DNA of 62,892 bases, the filler included, from Intoshia linei (lineage: Eukaryota > Animalia > Orthonectida), in assembly GCA_001642005.1 (NCBI GenBank). It is 6 parts of 6 records of this genome, joined end to end, with 100 filler letters (N's around TTAATTAATTAA, not from the genome) between each part and the next. Parts side by side here need not be neighbours in the genome. Positions count along the whole stretch, not along the records: positions 1 to 9,226 come from LWCA01001382.1; positions 9,327 to 33,095 come from LWCA01000549.1; 4 more parts are not named here. One strand, given 5' to 3'. How positions within the stretch are numbered: position 1 is the first letter of the stretch; each line of letters opens with the position of its first letter. Below are positions 1 to 13,344 of this stretch, in pieces. The position numbers were made by a program, and so were the translations under genes. Below the pieces are notes generated by a model. It was not told where the DNA came from and ran no database searches. It was given only the letters and a program-made list of their open reading frames with translations.

Positions 1-244
1 TATGCATAAACCCTTTTTGTATTTTTTAATAATATTTTGAAACGCACATCGATATATACTAAAAGTTTTACTTATAAAACCCTGACTTTTTTTTCCTTGC
101 ATTAACACACGGCATTATATCTTTTTTGTCACTTATTCGCGTTATTTACTAAACAAATAGTTATTTTTAATTTATAGATCATTAGTAATTAATTACCTTT
201 TTCATTTTTATGTATATTTAATTAATTTTAATTGAAATTATCAA

Positions 245-470
245 GGTGCCTAAGACCTATGTCGTCAATATTTTTAATATTGCAAACAAAACCGTATTAA
301 AATGTATCTCTTTATGGGTAGTTTATGACATCAGCATGGTTATATATTGGTGAGATCATTCTTTAATTAGTCATATATTAAATTTTAAGTTCAAGATTGG
401 CCTTATTAACTTTATAGTGGTTTTTAATGAGAATGTATAGGGTGCCTAAGACTTATGTCTCGCACTGTAT
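245..470. mobile_element. Tc1-like IR/DR terminal segment
   Basis: Direct repeat ggtgcctaagac(c/t)tatgtc at ~245 and ~442, ending ...cactg-TA. Confidence 0.4.
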
Positions 471-633
471 CTTAAAGTATTATTATCCTAAAATGAAATT
501 TGGGTTTTAGTCATGAAATGCACGTTTTTTAGGTTGCTGATCTATTAGTTTATAATAATCTCATTTAATATTCAAGTAAATTATCCAATTTAAAGTATTA
601 TAAAATTAAAGTAATTTCAACTGTATTATTTAG

Positions 634-900
634 TTTATATACGATAATAATATTGACTGTATCTACAGAGCTCATCAATTGGTAGATATTGGATATCAAT
701 ACCTTTTCAATAGAAAAATTCTAACAATTTGGTCAGCACCAAATTATTGCTATAGATGTGGAAATAAAGCATCTATAGTTCGTGTAAATGGCAACATTTC
801 ATATTTCAATTCACTCGAAAATGATAATATTCTTGTATTTGATGCAGTAGATAATAAAGATAGAATAATACCAAAAACAACTAATTGTTATTTTTTGTGA
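634..900 (+). CDS. PPP6C: Ser/Thr phosphatase 6 catalytic subunit (PP2A/PP4/PP6 family), final exon
   Basis: After the AG acceptor at 632-633 it reads FIYDNNIDCIYRAHQLVDIGYQYLFNRKILTIWSAPNYCYRCGN...RIIPKTTNCYFL*. RAHQLV, WSAPNYCYRCGN and C-terminal YFL mark the PP2A family; the tail is closest to PP6 (VIPPRTTTPYFL). Confidence 0.85.
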   Translation, partial: FIYDNNIDCIYRAHQLVDIGYQYLFNRKILTIWSAPNYCYRCGNKASIVRVNGNISYFNSLENDNILVFDAVDNKDRIIPKTTNCYFL

Positions 901-1105
901 TATATTTTTAAAATATATTAAATTTTTTAATTAAAATAAAGGAAAATAAGAAATTTATTGTACATTGTAGAGTAGAGTGTCAATTTTTTTTAAAATTGAA
1001 ACGTATAGCAAAAATATCAATTAAAATTATTTAATTTAAAGAATATCGTTTAAATTTTATAAAAATAATTAATATTGAATTCGTGATGAGCATTTAAAGT
1101 TTCAC

Positions 1106-1384
1106 TTATAATGAAGCTATATGTATCATTTCACCATCATTTTCGGATGCTCTAACTGGAGAAGAACAGTCTATCCAAAATGTCAAATAGCCATAAATTA
1201 TGAATAAAATTAAGGACTTGATATCATTCGACATATCTATTTTGAGAATATATACTTTAAAACAGTAAATAATGTTTTTCATCCATTTTGCATCACAAAC
1301 AGAACCTGGCTTTAAAAGTTTAATATTTATGTGGATCTTTTTAAACTCAAAATAAACCACAACATTTGAAACATCATTTATCAT
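1106..1384 (-). pseudogene. Transposase-derived fragment (PGAxHHARWM-type motif)
   Basis: LLKPGSVCDAKWMKNIIYCFKVYI...YLTFW...ASEND resembles the PGAxHHARWMAKAIYxLK...APxND block of invertebrate transposase-like proteins; isolated and intronless. Confidence 0.4.
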
Positions 1385-1422
1385 TGTTTTAAATATTTTA
1401 TAATCTTTATTTCTTCATTATG

Positions 1423-1560
1423 CTAAATTTATTTTGCAAACACCCGGAAAAAACTGTAATTGAAATGTGGAATTTATAAAATTCGAAGACGGGTAGTTAT
1501 TTAAATAAAGTGGAACACACACACAAACAAAAATCGCGTAGCATATTATATAAGTAAGGA
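1423..1560 (-). mobile_element. Helitron family A, 5' fragment
   Basis: Reverse complement begins A|TCCTTACTTATATAATATGCTACGCG, as in the copies at 4855 and 13345. Confidence 0.7.
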
Positions 1561-1561
1561 T

Positions 1562-4500
1562 TTATGCTTCCAAATATGACAAATAATTATACAAAAATGC
1601 AAAACACAAGGATATCCATATTGATATAAATATACATAGGGCACCCATCATTACGGAAATTCCTTTCAATTTGTTTTTAATTTTACTAAAATAAAATTTT
1701 TAATAGTTGTAATTAAATTAATCAAATTACTTTGGTAATTCCATCATGCAACATGATACCAGATATCCATTACTAAAAGCTAATAATGCTACAAAAATAC
1801 CAAAAGCAATATCTGATTTTATGTAAACTGGGATTAAACGGACAGTAGCATTGTTCATATTAAAGAAAAATGTCAAAGGCAGAGCACCAATACGAATGAT
1901 TGAAATTATTAGCAAAAGGAAACCGCTCTTCTAAATAAATATAATTGACTGTTGGGTTTAATTAATTAATACAGTCCGACGCTCTAAAAGTGATCAAATC
2001 CCAAAGTGTTCAATATTATTGAAATTATAATTATAGATTATTATTAAACTCTTTAATATGTTATATAGTGAACCGATAATTAATGGTTTGCAATACTTCG
2101 ATTATATTTGCATTTATTCAATTATAAATATTATCATTACAACCACCAACCCTTGCGGGTTCCTCTATAACCTTAGTTTATGTTTTAATATAGTGATACT
2201 TGTATAAAATATAAAATAAATACCCATTTTTTACTTAGAATCATCTTATTAAAGAATTTATAAAAGAACCATCTTCCAAAAGTGACACATTCCACCAAAA
2301 TTGTCACTATTGAGCAGCGGTGTCAATTATGCGACTCTCGGGCCATTTGCGGCCTACGTTATAATATAAATTTTTATTTTTTATAACAATTTTTTACACA
2401 TATTTCTTATTTTACAGTTTTTTCATGTATTTTTCATGATTTATTTATTTATTATTACAATTTTTGCACTTATTCCATTTTTATTGTTTTATATTTCATT
2501 TTATGAATTAAAATTATTATAAATTAATTAAATCTGTTAGTTTTAACATACTTTTTTGAGTAAAGATTTTTTTTGTGCGGCCCGCGTAATAATTTTATTT
2601 CACATTTGGCCCGCCAAGCAAATTGAATCTGACACCCCTGCTATTGAGAATAGCGGCCATATAATAAAGTTAATAGTAAGTTAAATTACCAAGGTGGCAA
2701 AGGAAGCTACTACTGATCCAATTACAGCAAAAACGTTAAAGTTCAAAAATACTATTAAACCTTTAAAGTATGCGTTATCTAAAATTTTAAATAATTTTAT
2801 AATTATAATTAACTCAAATTATTAATGTGATAATTCAAAGTAATTTAATATAAATGTAAATTACTTTTAGATATCGATTTGGTGCTTGGCGTGATTTGAT
2901 CCAATAAGCCTGGGAATATGTTGAATGTTATGAGAAATGTGATAAAAAGTGCTCCATATATTGTCCAGTTCTATACTTTGTTTATAGTCATAATTTTTCT
3001 AAAGTTACAATGCGAATAATGTAAATATATTCCCGAATAGTTTTAGGTGAATGTGCACTATTTTCTTCAATATTCTCATCCACTATTGTTAACGTGGCTT
3101 GTTGGAAACTTGGGCTATTCTTATTAATATCATCCTGGTTATCCTTTTCAACGTTTAATTTTTTTAGTTCAATGTCATCAATATTATCATTTTTTGCTTT
3201 TTGATATTTATAAGACAACTACAAATATAATTGTACATTTTAATAACTTAGTTTAATAATATTTACTAATGATAGTATTATTAATTTTAAATATGTATAT
3301 TTTACTTTCATTTTACATATTTTTTTTATTGTATATTTATAAATGTATACGTTTTTGGGGATAAGTATAAATGACACTATTGACCATATGCTTAATACTA
3401 GTGAAAATCCATATATTAAAATTCCCGAGTATTTCAATTGGATGACTAATAAAATATTTAGTATTTTATAGAAACTGATAATTATATTTTAATGGTAATT
3501 ATAATTACCCGCTGTGGCCAACATTACTATCAATATTCCGATAACACCGCTTGTATTCTAAACATTTATGACATTTTTTTTACAAGTACAAAAATTATAT
3601 TATATAATATAATTGTATACTATTTATTGATTAATATTACCATTCCCATTGAAAAAGCATTAATATATTGAGGATGCAAGCAACCTATAAAGCCAAATGC
3701 ACAACATTGTAAGACTGAGGTGAATCCTAAATATTATAAAAATATTAGGAATTACAATTACAATTATTGTATGTAGTAAAAATAATAATGTATGCTGTAA
3801 ATTTGCATTAGAGCAGATATTCTAGAAATCTGAGTTACTGTATAAATCAGACCCATACAAGAAGTTGGAAATAATTTAAGGTTCAAAAATTAAATCATTT
3901 ATTTTAATTTTATTGCAATCCTAACTGTTTTGTATTTGGTAAAATTGTGTTTTTTAAAACGTTTTTAATTTAGAAAAAATTAAAATTGGTAATTTTCTAT
4001 TTTGACCGAGAAGATGCAAATTTTTATTAATTTCTGTAACAGTAAAAACTGATTTTAATTTGTGTTTTTTAAATTTCTTGGACTGTGAGTTTTCTAAATA
4101 AATGGTTACGCACAGAATAATCTTTTAGCAACTTTTGCTTAGTTTATTGAAATTTTAACTTTTTTATTATAATAACCCTTTCATATTTTATGACATAAAA
4201 TATGGCGATGACAAAAGCGACCTGATTGACCTGAATCGAATTGACTTTGTCTATTTTGATTTTTTCAAAACATTTTTTCCAATATAATAATTTTGTTTTG
4301 TATGCTTATATCATATACTATATGGTATATAGTATATGTCGTGTCTAATTGCAAAAAAATATTTTTACAAATAATGAAGATATGCCACAATATCATGTAT
4401 TTAAAATTAGTGGGCTGAGTGTGCTTTATAAAACTAAGTATTATGTATATGGGGTTGTCGTTAGAGTTCCCAAGTAGTTTTTTTATCATAAACATCGTAT

Positions 4501-7500
4501 GTTTCATTTTTTATTTGACTACTTAAGATATTTCATATACCGCAGTTTGATGAACACCGCATTGATATGAATTAACAATATTATTAATAAATCATTCAAC
4601 CTACCATTAACAATAAAAGCAGATATCATTGTTAGAATGAAGAATGTCAATACGTCTAAATTATCTTGATTAATTTAAGTATATAAATAAATTATGTTAT
4701 ATATTATATATAATTATATATGATGTTATACATTGCACTTAATGCAAAAAATTAAGTTTTCATCATCATTCCTAGAGTTTATTACTTCAATTTTAGTAAT
4801 CTGCCTAATAAATTGACACACTGTGTAATGTTAATATTTTTATTTTATGAATTATCCTAACTTATATAATTGTATATAATTATAATATGCTACGCGATTT
4901 TTGTTTGTGTGTGTGTCAGTGTGTTCCACTTTATTGAAATAACTACTTGTCTTAAAATTTTATAAAATCCACATTTCAGTTACAGTTTTTTCCGGGACGT
5001 ATATTAAGATAAATTTCAATATCCCAGTTTCACATCTTATGGGTCAAAAACCGCAGTTGTCCCTGTTTTTGAAAATCAAACGAGTTGGAGAATTTAAATA
5101 AATATATACCCTGATGCGGATTTTAAAATTATAAACTATATCATATATTTAAATTTAAAAAAATTATATCTTCACGGCCAAAAACCCAAATTACCTTTCT
5201 TTTTTTAATGAAAACAGCCCTATAATTTCAAAAAATTTACAGGTCGTACAGTTGTATCCTGTTAACACACACAAAAAATTTCAATCCGAATAAGTAACGA
5301 CTTCACGGTGAAAAAAGTATTTTAGTATTCATACATGTTTTTTTCCGAATTATTTTATTTAAAAAAAATATGCTTTTTCCAGTTGATATAAAAATGTAAA
5401 TACAAAAGTTCAACCCGAGAAATCTACGCATTCCAGATGAAAAATAAGAAAGTCCTACAATTTTATACAACATAAATTTTGGAATGATTTTTAAATTTAT
5501 AAGCATTATCATAAATGGCAACCTCAAAAAAGATTATTTTCACTGTCAAAAATCTAGATTGCCATTTTTTTATAATGAAAAGAGACCTAGAATTTAAAAA
5601 AATTATATCCAGTTAACATAGACAAAAAAATTGAATCTAATAAAATGACGTATTCATGGTTAAAAAAACAATAAATGCAAAAAAGCAATAGGCAATAAAG
5701 ATAGTAAATCAGTAAATAGAATATAAACACATTTTTTGTAAGCGTAATATACAGATTCCTTTTTTTTAAATAAATAATTATGAAACATTTAAGTTTTCTT
5801 TTGCGATTTAGAAGCATTTTAAATTTACAAGGTGATCTAAAACTTCGTAAACAATTTTGAAAAATGGTTTAAAACTTTGAGTTTTATATTTTAAATTAAT
5901 GGCGAGTAAGAGAATTGGCGAGTTATAGAGATAATACTGTATTACGTTATTAAATACGAGACGAAATAGCATACATTATTAATGGTTAAATTCAAACGGG
6001 TATCAAAAAAACATATCACTATCTCGCCAAATATAAATACAAATGTACAAGACTGATCATAATTATGTTTACATTGTGATGTATCGATAATAGCCAGGAT
6101 TAGTGAAAAGACTGAAAATAGAATTGAAGCAATAGATGAAATTAAAATTCGCTTTTTCAGAGATATTCTAAAAAATTAAATAATTTTAAATTTAGTTCAT
6201 TTAGATTAATTTAATAATCTACAAATGTATTAATAAGTTGCGTGTAAATGTTTCATGATAATCGTGAAAATAAAAAAAATTTTTGAAAATTTTTAGTGGA
6301 AGAGCTTGCCATTTTAAAAATTTCATACAAAAATATTATACAAAAACTAAAATATAACTTTATTTACTGAAATGTTACAATGAGATCCTGTAGTTATGTT
6401 TTGAATGATCTTGTGTTGATCGTCACGTTTTGTTATTCACTTTGCATCTTTAAATTCAATTCTACCTCATTTATTTTTGTTTTTAGTGAAAATGTTTATC
6501 AATGAAAAATGATAATTTTTACAAAATTTTATTAACTTTAAACATCTATAAAATAATAAGTAAACAAGGTAGAGTTAAATTTAAATGTTTAAAATGAACA
6601 ATCAAACATCAAGATCAACACAAGGCCACTCAAAATATAACTACAGGATCTCATCGTAACATTTCAGTAAATAAAGTTATATTTTAGTTTTTGTATAATA
6701 TTTTTGTATGAAATTTTTAAAATGGCAAGCTCTTCCACTAAAAATTTTCAAAAATTTTTCTTCTTTTCACGATTATCATAAAACTATCACACTCAACTTT
6801 ATCAGTATTTGGACCTAATTTATAAAATTTTGGAACACCCCTACTGTACAGTGTACACTGTGTAATGTAACCTGGTACACATGTAAATGTACACCAAAGT
6901 TTAAAATGTATTTTATTTATTTAAGGGGTAGGTACATACATTTATTTATTATTATTTATTCTGATTTTAATGGTAAGGGTGCCAATTATCAAAGAGTATT
7001 TAATAAATACAAATGGTACAATATATTATAATATAATTAAAAGATAATTATCTTTTAATGAATATTTTATTTTATATTTAAATTATAATTGCATATATAT
7101 ATAAATATATATTTAATAATGATTATTTAATAAACTTGTTGAATAATTTTGTGAAATTATTAATAGCTGCGGTAATTGTTGCCAGCGTTTGAAGACAAAT
7201 TGCCACATAACTAAGGTTAGAATAAAGTATCAATTATACATACAGTATATCAATGGTGTTTATACATACCAACTATACTACACACGCTAAATCATGGGTT
7301 CTTAACCTGGGGTGCCAAAAAATTTTTGAATAAAAATCATTTTACAGCTACTTATTTACATTGTATATTCCTTATTTATATAATATGCTTGCAATATTTG
7401 TTTTTATTTGTGTATTAACGTTTATTTCAATAACTACCAGTCTTATAATTTTATAAAGTCCACATTTCAATTACAGTTTTTTCCGGATGTTAGCAAAATA

Positions 7501-8340
7501 AATTTCAACCTCTCAAACTCATATCTTACAGCTCAAAAAGCCCAATTGTCCTTTTTTTATGAAAATCAAACGAGTTAAAGAATTTAAAATCATATATATA
7601 CTCTGATACGGATTTTAAAATCATAAATATTATCCTAAATTTAAATTTAAAAAAATAAATATTTTCAGGGCCAAAAATACAAATTACCCTTTTATTTAAA
7701 TGAAATTAACCCTAAATATAAAAAAATTTACCCGTGGTACAGTTGTATCCTGTTAACACACACAAAAAATTTCAAAAATTTTTGGTGGTGCTAAATGGAA
7801 AATATTAAGAACCCATGAGCTAGATTAATGTGTATATTTATACATTGTATATATAAATATATGTAATATTTGATAATTAAAAATTGTAAAATCAAAATTT
7901 TACGAAATGTAATATGTTTGATAAACATTTTTGGGTACGGACTGGTCAATCATTTTCAATTTATGCTTCACATAATACTAAAAATATTATTATTAGTGTT
8001 TATTAAAATCAAATTGGAATTATACAACACTATATAAAATTAATACTGTGTAATAAATAAATTTTTCAAGGTTAAACTGCATATTTAAAAGTTATTCGAA
8101 ACTTACTATTGCGAGTGAAAAAAATATGAATAAAATGTTAATGCAAGTTTAGATAGCTTTTATGAAAACAAAAATTACACTATATGCACAAAACAAAATG
8201 TTGAGAGGCATAAGCATATTAACTCCCATTGAATAAATATACATAAATAGTGAAATTTTTGAACTGATTGGAATATTATCGTTTTTTTTCATTTTTTCTT
8301 TGGTAGATTTAGTTTCAACGATATTTTTTGATTTACCCAT
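1562..8340 (-). CDS. Equilibrative nucleoside transporter (SLC29/ENT), multi-exon
   Basis: Exon 1 MGKSKN...YSMGVNMLMPLNILFCAYS; later exons include FTSVLQCCAFGL, AFSNGYLVSCCMMELPK and last exon ...YLSYLEA*; many hydrophobic segments and GT-AG introns. Confidence 0.85.
2315..2640. mobile_element. hAT (Charlie/Buster-type) MITE
   Basis: TIRs cagcggtgtca / tgacacccctg; perfect 8-bp TSD ctattgag (2307-2314, 2641-2648); subterminal gcggccc motifs. Confidence 0.85.
4855..5460 (+). mobile_element. Helitron family A copy (3' end not seen)
   Basis: A|TCCTAACTTATATAAT start, colinear with 13345-14203. Confidence 0.7.
6222..6846. repeat. Foldback element / long inverted repeat in an ENT intron
   Basis: ~6222-6445 is the reverse complement of ~6590-6812 (e.g. 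ttttagtggaagagcttgcc / ggcaagctcttccactaaaa); right end ...ggaacacccctactg-TA. Confidence 0.8.
7293..7817. mobile_element. hAT MITE with a nested Helitron A fragment (~7367-7775)
   Basis: TIRs catgggttcttaa / ttaagaacccatg; degenerate TSD cgctaaat / agctagat. Confidence 0.7.
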
Positions 8341-8487
8341 TTTATTTTTTAAAAATAATAAATGCAATATATTTCAGTGTAAATACAACAATTGGAACTT
8401 GATTAAATTATTTAAGGTATTTGCATAGTGGTTAATTGTATCTTCCAAAATTGACTTAGTAAAACATTTAAAATAAAAAATTTAGAT

Positions 8488-9226
8488 CAGGGGTTCTCAA
8501 TTGGGGGGAATTTCCCCAGGGGGGAAATCTTGACCATAAGGGGGGGGGGAATTTTGAAATAATAATAAATAATGATAAATATTTTTATAATAAAAAAATA
8601 ATGTTGTTAGTGTGAACAAACTTCGTGTTACATAATTCCTAACGAAAGTAAACTAAGTTCGTGTCCATTCATACTACAATGTATAATGTTGATATAATTA
8701 TAACTATTGACAATTGTTGATAAACATCATTCTTATATTATCGCTTCATTATTCATGTTTCAAGCTGTCAAAACTATGTCTCTAAAAAGAAGGACCTACA
8801 ATGAATCGTATATCGAATATGGATTTGTATCGACTTTAGTGAATGGTGTGCAACGACCGCAGTGTGTGATATGCAACAAAATATTATCTAACGATTCAAT
8901 GAAGTCTACCAAATTGAAGCAACATTTGCAAAGTGCAAAGTGTTCACTATCAATTTTAAAACAAGCCAAAGGATTTTTTCGAACGTCATTCTGGGAGTCT
9001 TAAGAAAATGAAATTAGACATAAAAAAAAATGGTTCACCCAAATAATTAGGACCTTGAAGCTTCGTACGTCGTCTCACTGGAGATCGCCAGACAGAAAAA
9101 ACCCCATACTATTGGAGAAAATTTGATCAAACCTTGTGCCCTCAGTATGTTTGAAATTATGTTACAGAAAAGAATTCTCCAAAAAACTGGAATGTATTCC
9201 ATTGTCGAATAGCAGTGTCCAGAGGC
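8488..9226 (+). mobile_element. hAT Buster/ZBED5-SCAND3-like transposon, 5' part, frameshifted and cut by a gap
   Basis: TIR caggggttctcaa; MSLKRRTYNESYIEYGF...PQCVICNKILSNDSMKSTKLKQHL (BED finger), then ASYVVSLEIARQKKPHTIGENLIKPC. Confidence 0.85.
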
Positions 9227-10299
9227 NNNNNNNNNNNNNNNNNNNNNNNNNNNNNNNNNNNNNNNNNNNNTTAATTAATTAANNNNNNNNNNNNNNNNNN
9301 NNNNNNNNNNNNNNNNNNNNNNNNNNATAAAAATACATCTATAGGCAAATATACTTTTTGATCTTTAAAAAAGTGGACACACTAATATACATTGTATATA
9401 ATGATCATTTATCATTAATCTATCTATTAATTTTTATGCTAGTAAGATCAGTTAAAGTTATTCATAATCGAAAGAGAACTTGCCTAAAATATCGATTTTG
9501 ACACAGTTGAACAACTCAACAGTTAAATGGTGAATGAATTATATATATATAGAAATATTTAATAAACATAATATAAAAATTCCCATATAAATACATTACA
9601 TGCATTTGGCCCACTCATAATTATTTCGCCCCTGGATGAAAATCCTAGATTCGCTACTGTGTATGGGTGAGCCTCGCGATAAGTATTACCTCGGATTGTC
9701 AGATAGTGGGTAAACCATTTTTTCTAATAAACTACCATAAAATATAATTTAAAAAAAACTAGTTTCAGTCAAAATTGATATGAATGATAACAAAATTATA
9801 CAAAATGGTATAGTAAATTTCTTTTACATTTATTGCTTTCAGCAATTTTCAAATGAATGTAAAAAAATACATTTATTATTTATTTAAGGGGGGAGCAAGG
9901 CATGGAAAAAATGATTATAACAATTTTAGAACATAATTTCAATGAAAAAATGTATTTACAAAAATGTTAATTAATTATATTTCTACAGCTAAGAATTGAA
10001 TATCATAATTTTAAGACGCATTAGAATTTGAACGATTTTTAAATCAATTAATGAAATCAACTACATGTATATTAATATTCATCATATCAGTTCTACTCGA
10101 CCAGTGAACGCGAGATAAAAAAGTTTGACAAGCATCGACCAAAACCAACCATAAAATACACAATATTCAAATAAAATTGACAAAAATGAGTGCAAAATTT
10201 CACCGTTTCCATATTTGGCAACAATAATAAAGACACAATTTGGTAAAAAAATTGATTTTAAAAATGCAGAAATCAAAAGGATAAACAAAATAGGCTTAC

Positions 10300-13200
10300 C
10301 GAGACTTTGGGTTAAGTATATGGTTTACTCCTCCCATTTTACTATTGACTTTAAGAAGCAAATTGCAAAGTAATTGCATTTTAGGCCTTGTGGCATTCTT
10401 AGCCAATATACACTGAGTCATAATACCATTTCTAACATCTGCTAATTGTTTAACACGATCTAAAAAAAGTAATATTATAACTATAATAAGAGTTATTCAA
10501 AAACCCAGAAATTGATAAACATATAGTTTACGCAATTTTTAAGTGATGTTCAATATGAATTAAATTAGTGTTACAAAATTTGATAAAGATATTAGATTGT
10601 ACTTTAATTTTATCTGTTTTTTGTAAATTTTCATCAATTATGTAAAAATGATAAAATGATGATTTAAAATATTCATCATCTATCATAAAACCTACTTTTA
10701 TCTCATTTTCTGAGCCTAGGCTTAAAAAAATCAACAAAAATTCAAATTTAAAACTATATTTATTATTAATTTCATTTTTATAGAGAATTATAATTTCAAA
10801 CAAATAATCAAATAAGGTTCATTGTGTACAAACTACACCAACAGAAAAATGTTAATTTAAATCTTAAAAAAAATTACGATAAATATCATTTCGATCCATC
10901 AAAATCACGACAATTAATCCTGGCTTTTCCAAATTTTTAGAAAAAAATTCAATTTTTTCCAAAATATCAGAATTATTAAAATTTTTAATGATTGGATCTT
11001 TTTTAGCTAATTTAAGGTTTAATTTGTCACATGTCCTACAGAACGCTTTAACAAAAACTCTAAAAATTATTAAATTTCAATGTAAAAAAAGCATACTCAA
11101 CATCTCTATTATCAAATCGACTATCACCGACCATAACACCCCATGAATTTATTGTTCCAGATGAAAAAAATTTTTTGTTTCGTAAATCCCAACACCCTTT
11201 AAAAGGATCTGGACGCATTACCTATAATTTAAATGTTAAAATAAATATTGTAAAAATAAAAATACATTGTTTCGACCAAATATCAATGAAGGAGGATCAA
11301 TGACTCTACCACATATTTCCATCATTTTTCTATCAATATCTATTTTAAACGCCTTCAAAATCTTGTTGTTTGGTTCGATTTTATTCTATTAATGAAAATT
11401 TAAAAATAAAACCATAAACCTGGAAATAAATTTTTTTATAACACAAAAATCATTACCATATATGCAGCAATATTTTGTTTCCTTCGATTCGGGGAAGTAC
11501 ACGTTTCCTATAAAAAATGAAACATTGATAAACAAACTCATACTCTAATCATGTTAGATGTGACAAATGAAGGTACGACTTTGCCATATTTTTGATTAGG
11601 ACTAATTCTACACAATTCTATTGGAAACAAGCATTTGTTCTTTCCACAAACTACCGAAGGTTGGAATGTATTTCTATAGAAATTTAATATAATAATAATA
11701 ATATAATATTTAATACAATGTAATATTTTTGTTTACAGTATAAAAATTTCTTTCACATAAAATACATGTAATATTAAATTCGAAACAAAATTATGAATAA
11801 TTCTGACATTATATAAAAATACCTTAATTTAATATTATATGTTTTTTTGTAATATTCAACCAAAGATTGTTCGTTTTCAGGAAGGCTAATAAGTAAAATA
11901 AATTATGAATATGCAATGCATACTATATTTGGTGAGCAGGTTTTGATTTGACGTCTAATATGGTAAAAGTACGAGTTTTTCCAGTATGTTTTACATCAAT
12001 TCGAACACCTACAAAATATTTAAAAAATGCAATTAAAATATATAACATTTTATAAATATAAACAAATTGAATCGTTACCTTTAAGCATTACTTTCATTCG
12101 AGTTGAAACAAAATTATCAATGGGTTGGTTTTCACGGATTTGAATTCTATTTTCGGACAAAAAGTCTAGTAATGACATGGGTTTGTAAAAAACAGAATAA
12201 GCCACTAAATATCAATTTTTATTGGGATAATTTGAATTAAATTTAAAATAATAATGAATAAACACAAGCCAAATTACCGTCTGCATTTAATGATAATTGA
12301 TTAGGATTGGGTCTAACGCTAGTGAAAAAGCCTTCCCATAATTCACAACCGCTTCCTAACTGTGTCGGTCGTGCCCTCTTATCAAAAAAATTCTTTCCAA
12401 TTGGTAAATATTTCATTGAAGGAACCTGGCGAATGACAATGTCCACAGCCTGTACATAATGTGAAATTTGTTGAGTATTTAAATCATTATTAGCGGATAG
12501 AGCGCTGTTTAAAATGGAAAGATCCAAACAAGATACCAATTGTATCGTTACATAAATATTGTCTTTATCACACCCAGATAATTCAATAATTGTCTACATA
12601 AATATTAACGAAATTTTACTTAATTTAAATATTAAGTATCTTACTTTGTCATCATCAATGGGTAATTTTTTGCTTGTATACATGTTACTTCGTCGATCAT
12701 ACGAAATTCCGAGAGTTGGATATAGGTTTTGTAACTCCGATATTAATTTGGCGGCAATAATACTATATTAAATAATTTACATATCAATAAATACAATACC
12801 GTCTTAATTTAGCACTGGCTTTGTTATTGTATTGTACATCATAATGAAAAATTACTCCTTTTTCAGGTATACGCACTCTGTAATGGTTGACAAGTAAGTT
12901 GCTAGACTTTCCGTCAGGTTGAGTATCTCTTTTAGGTCTATACGGTAATAAAATATGGTTTTTATAAACTTTTCTTGTGGGTCTGTAATTCGTTTGCTCT
13001 GGTTCATCTTTAGAAGGTTGAGTAATTTCTTGTTTATCTACCTCATAGGCATTACCACTACCACCACATTGTCCTCCACGTCCACGATTACTACTGCCAC
13101 TTTGGCGATCTCCTTGTCCTCTATTACCACGACCTTGTTGGCCTCTCCAGCCACCACCCCCGTGTCCTCTATTTTCATGATCTCTCTGGCCTCCCCAGCC

Positions 13201-13310
13201 ACCGCCACCTTGTCCTCTATTATCACGACCTCGTTGGCCTCCCTGTCTATAACCACTTCCAGGTTTACCTCCCCTGCCACGTCCACCTTGTCCTCTATTG
13301 TTTCTATTAT
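10300..13310 (-). CDS. Argonaute (AGO clade): N, L1, PAZ, L2 and MID seen; first exon and PIWI domain not seen
   Basis: LLVNHYRV...FHYDVQY; QAVDIVIRQ...IGKNFF; LGSGCELWEGFFTSVRP; PAZ exon ...NKCLFPIELC; GRVIDPPS...GVWDLRNKKF; VKQLADVRNGIMTQCI...NLLLKVNSKMGGVNH; about 13 exons with short introns. Confidence 0.9.
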
Positions 13311-13344
13311 TATAAATTAACATTAATATACTTATAATGATAAA

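Noticed and set aside
4265-5817. Short I/K/F/L-rich ORFs in ENT introns and similar ORFs elsewhere
   Set aside because: Expected by chance in AT-rich, TE-derived DNA; no motifs
9227-9327. N-run with TTAATTAATTAA (also at ~33096, ~53529, ~58339, ~59775)
   Set aside because: Artificial scaffold linker with stops in all six frames; not biological
12955-13320. Ser/Thr-rich + strand ORF and alternate-frame ORF 13038-13286
   Set aside because: Shadow frames of the Gly/Arg-rich Argonaute exon
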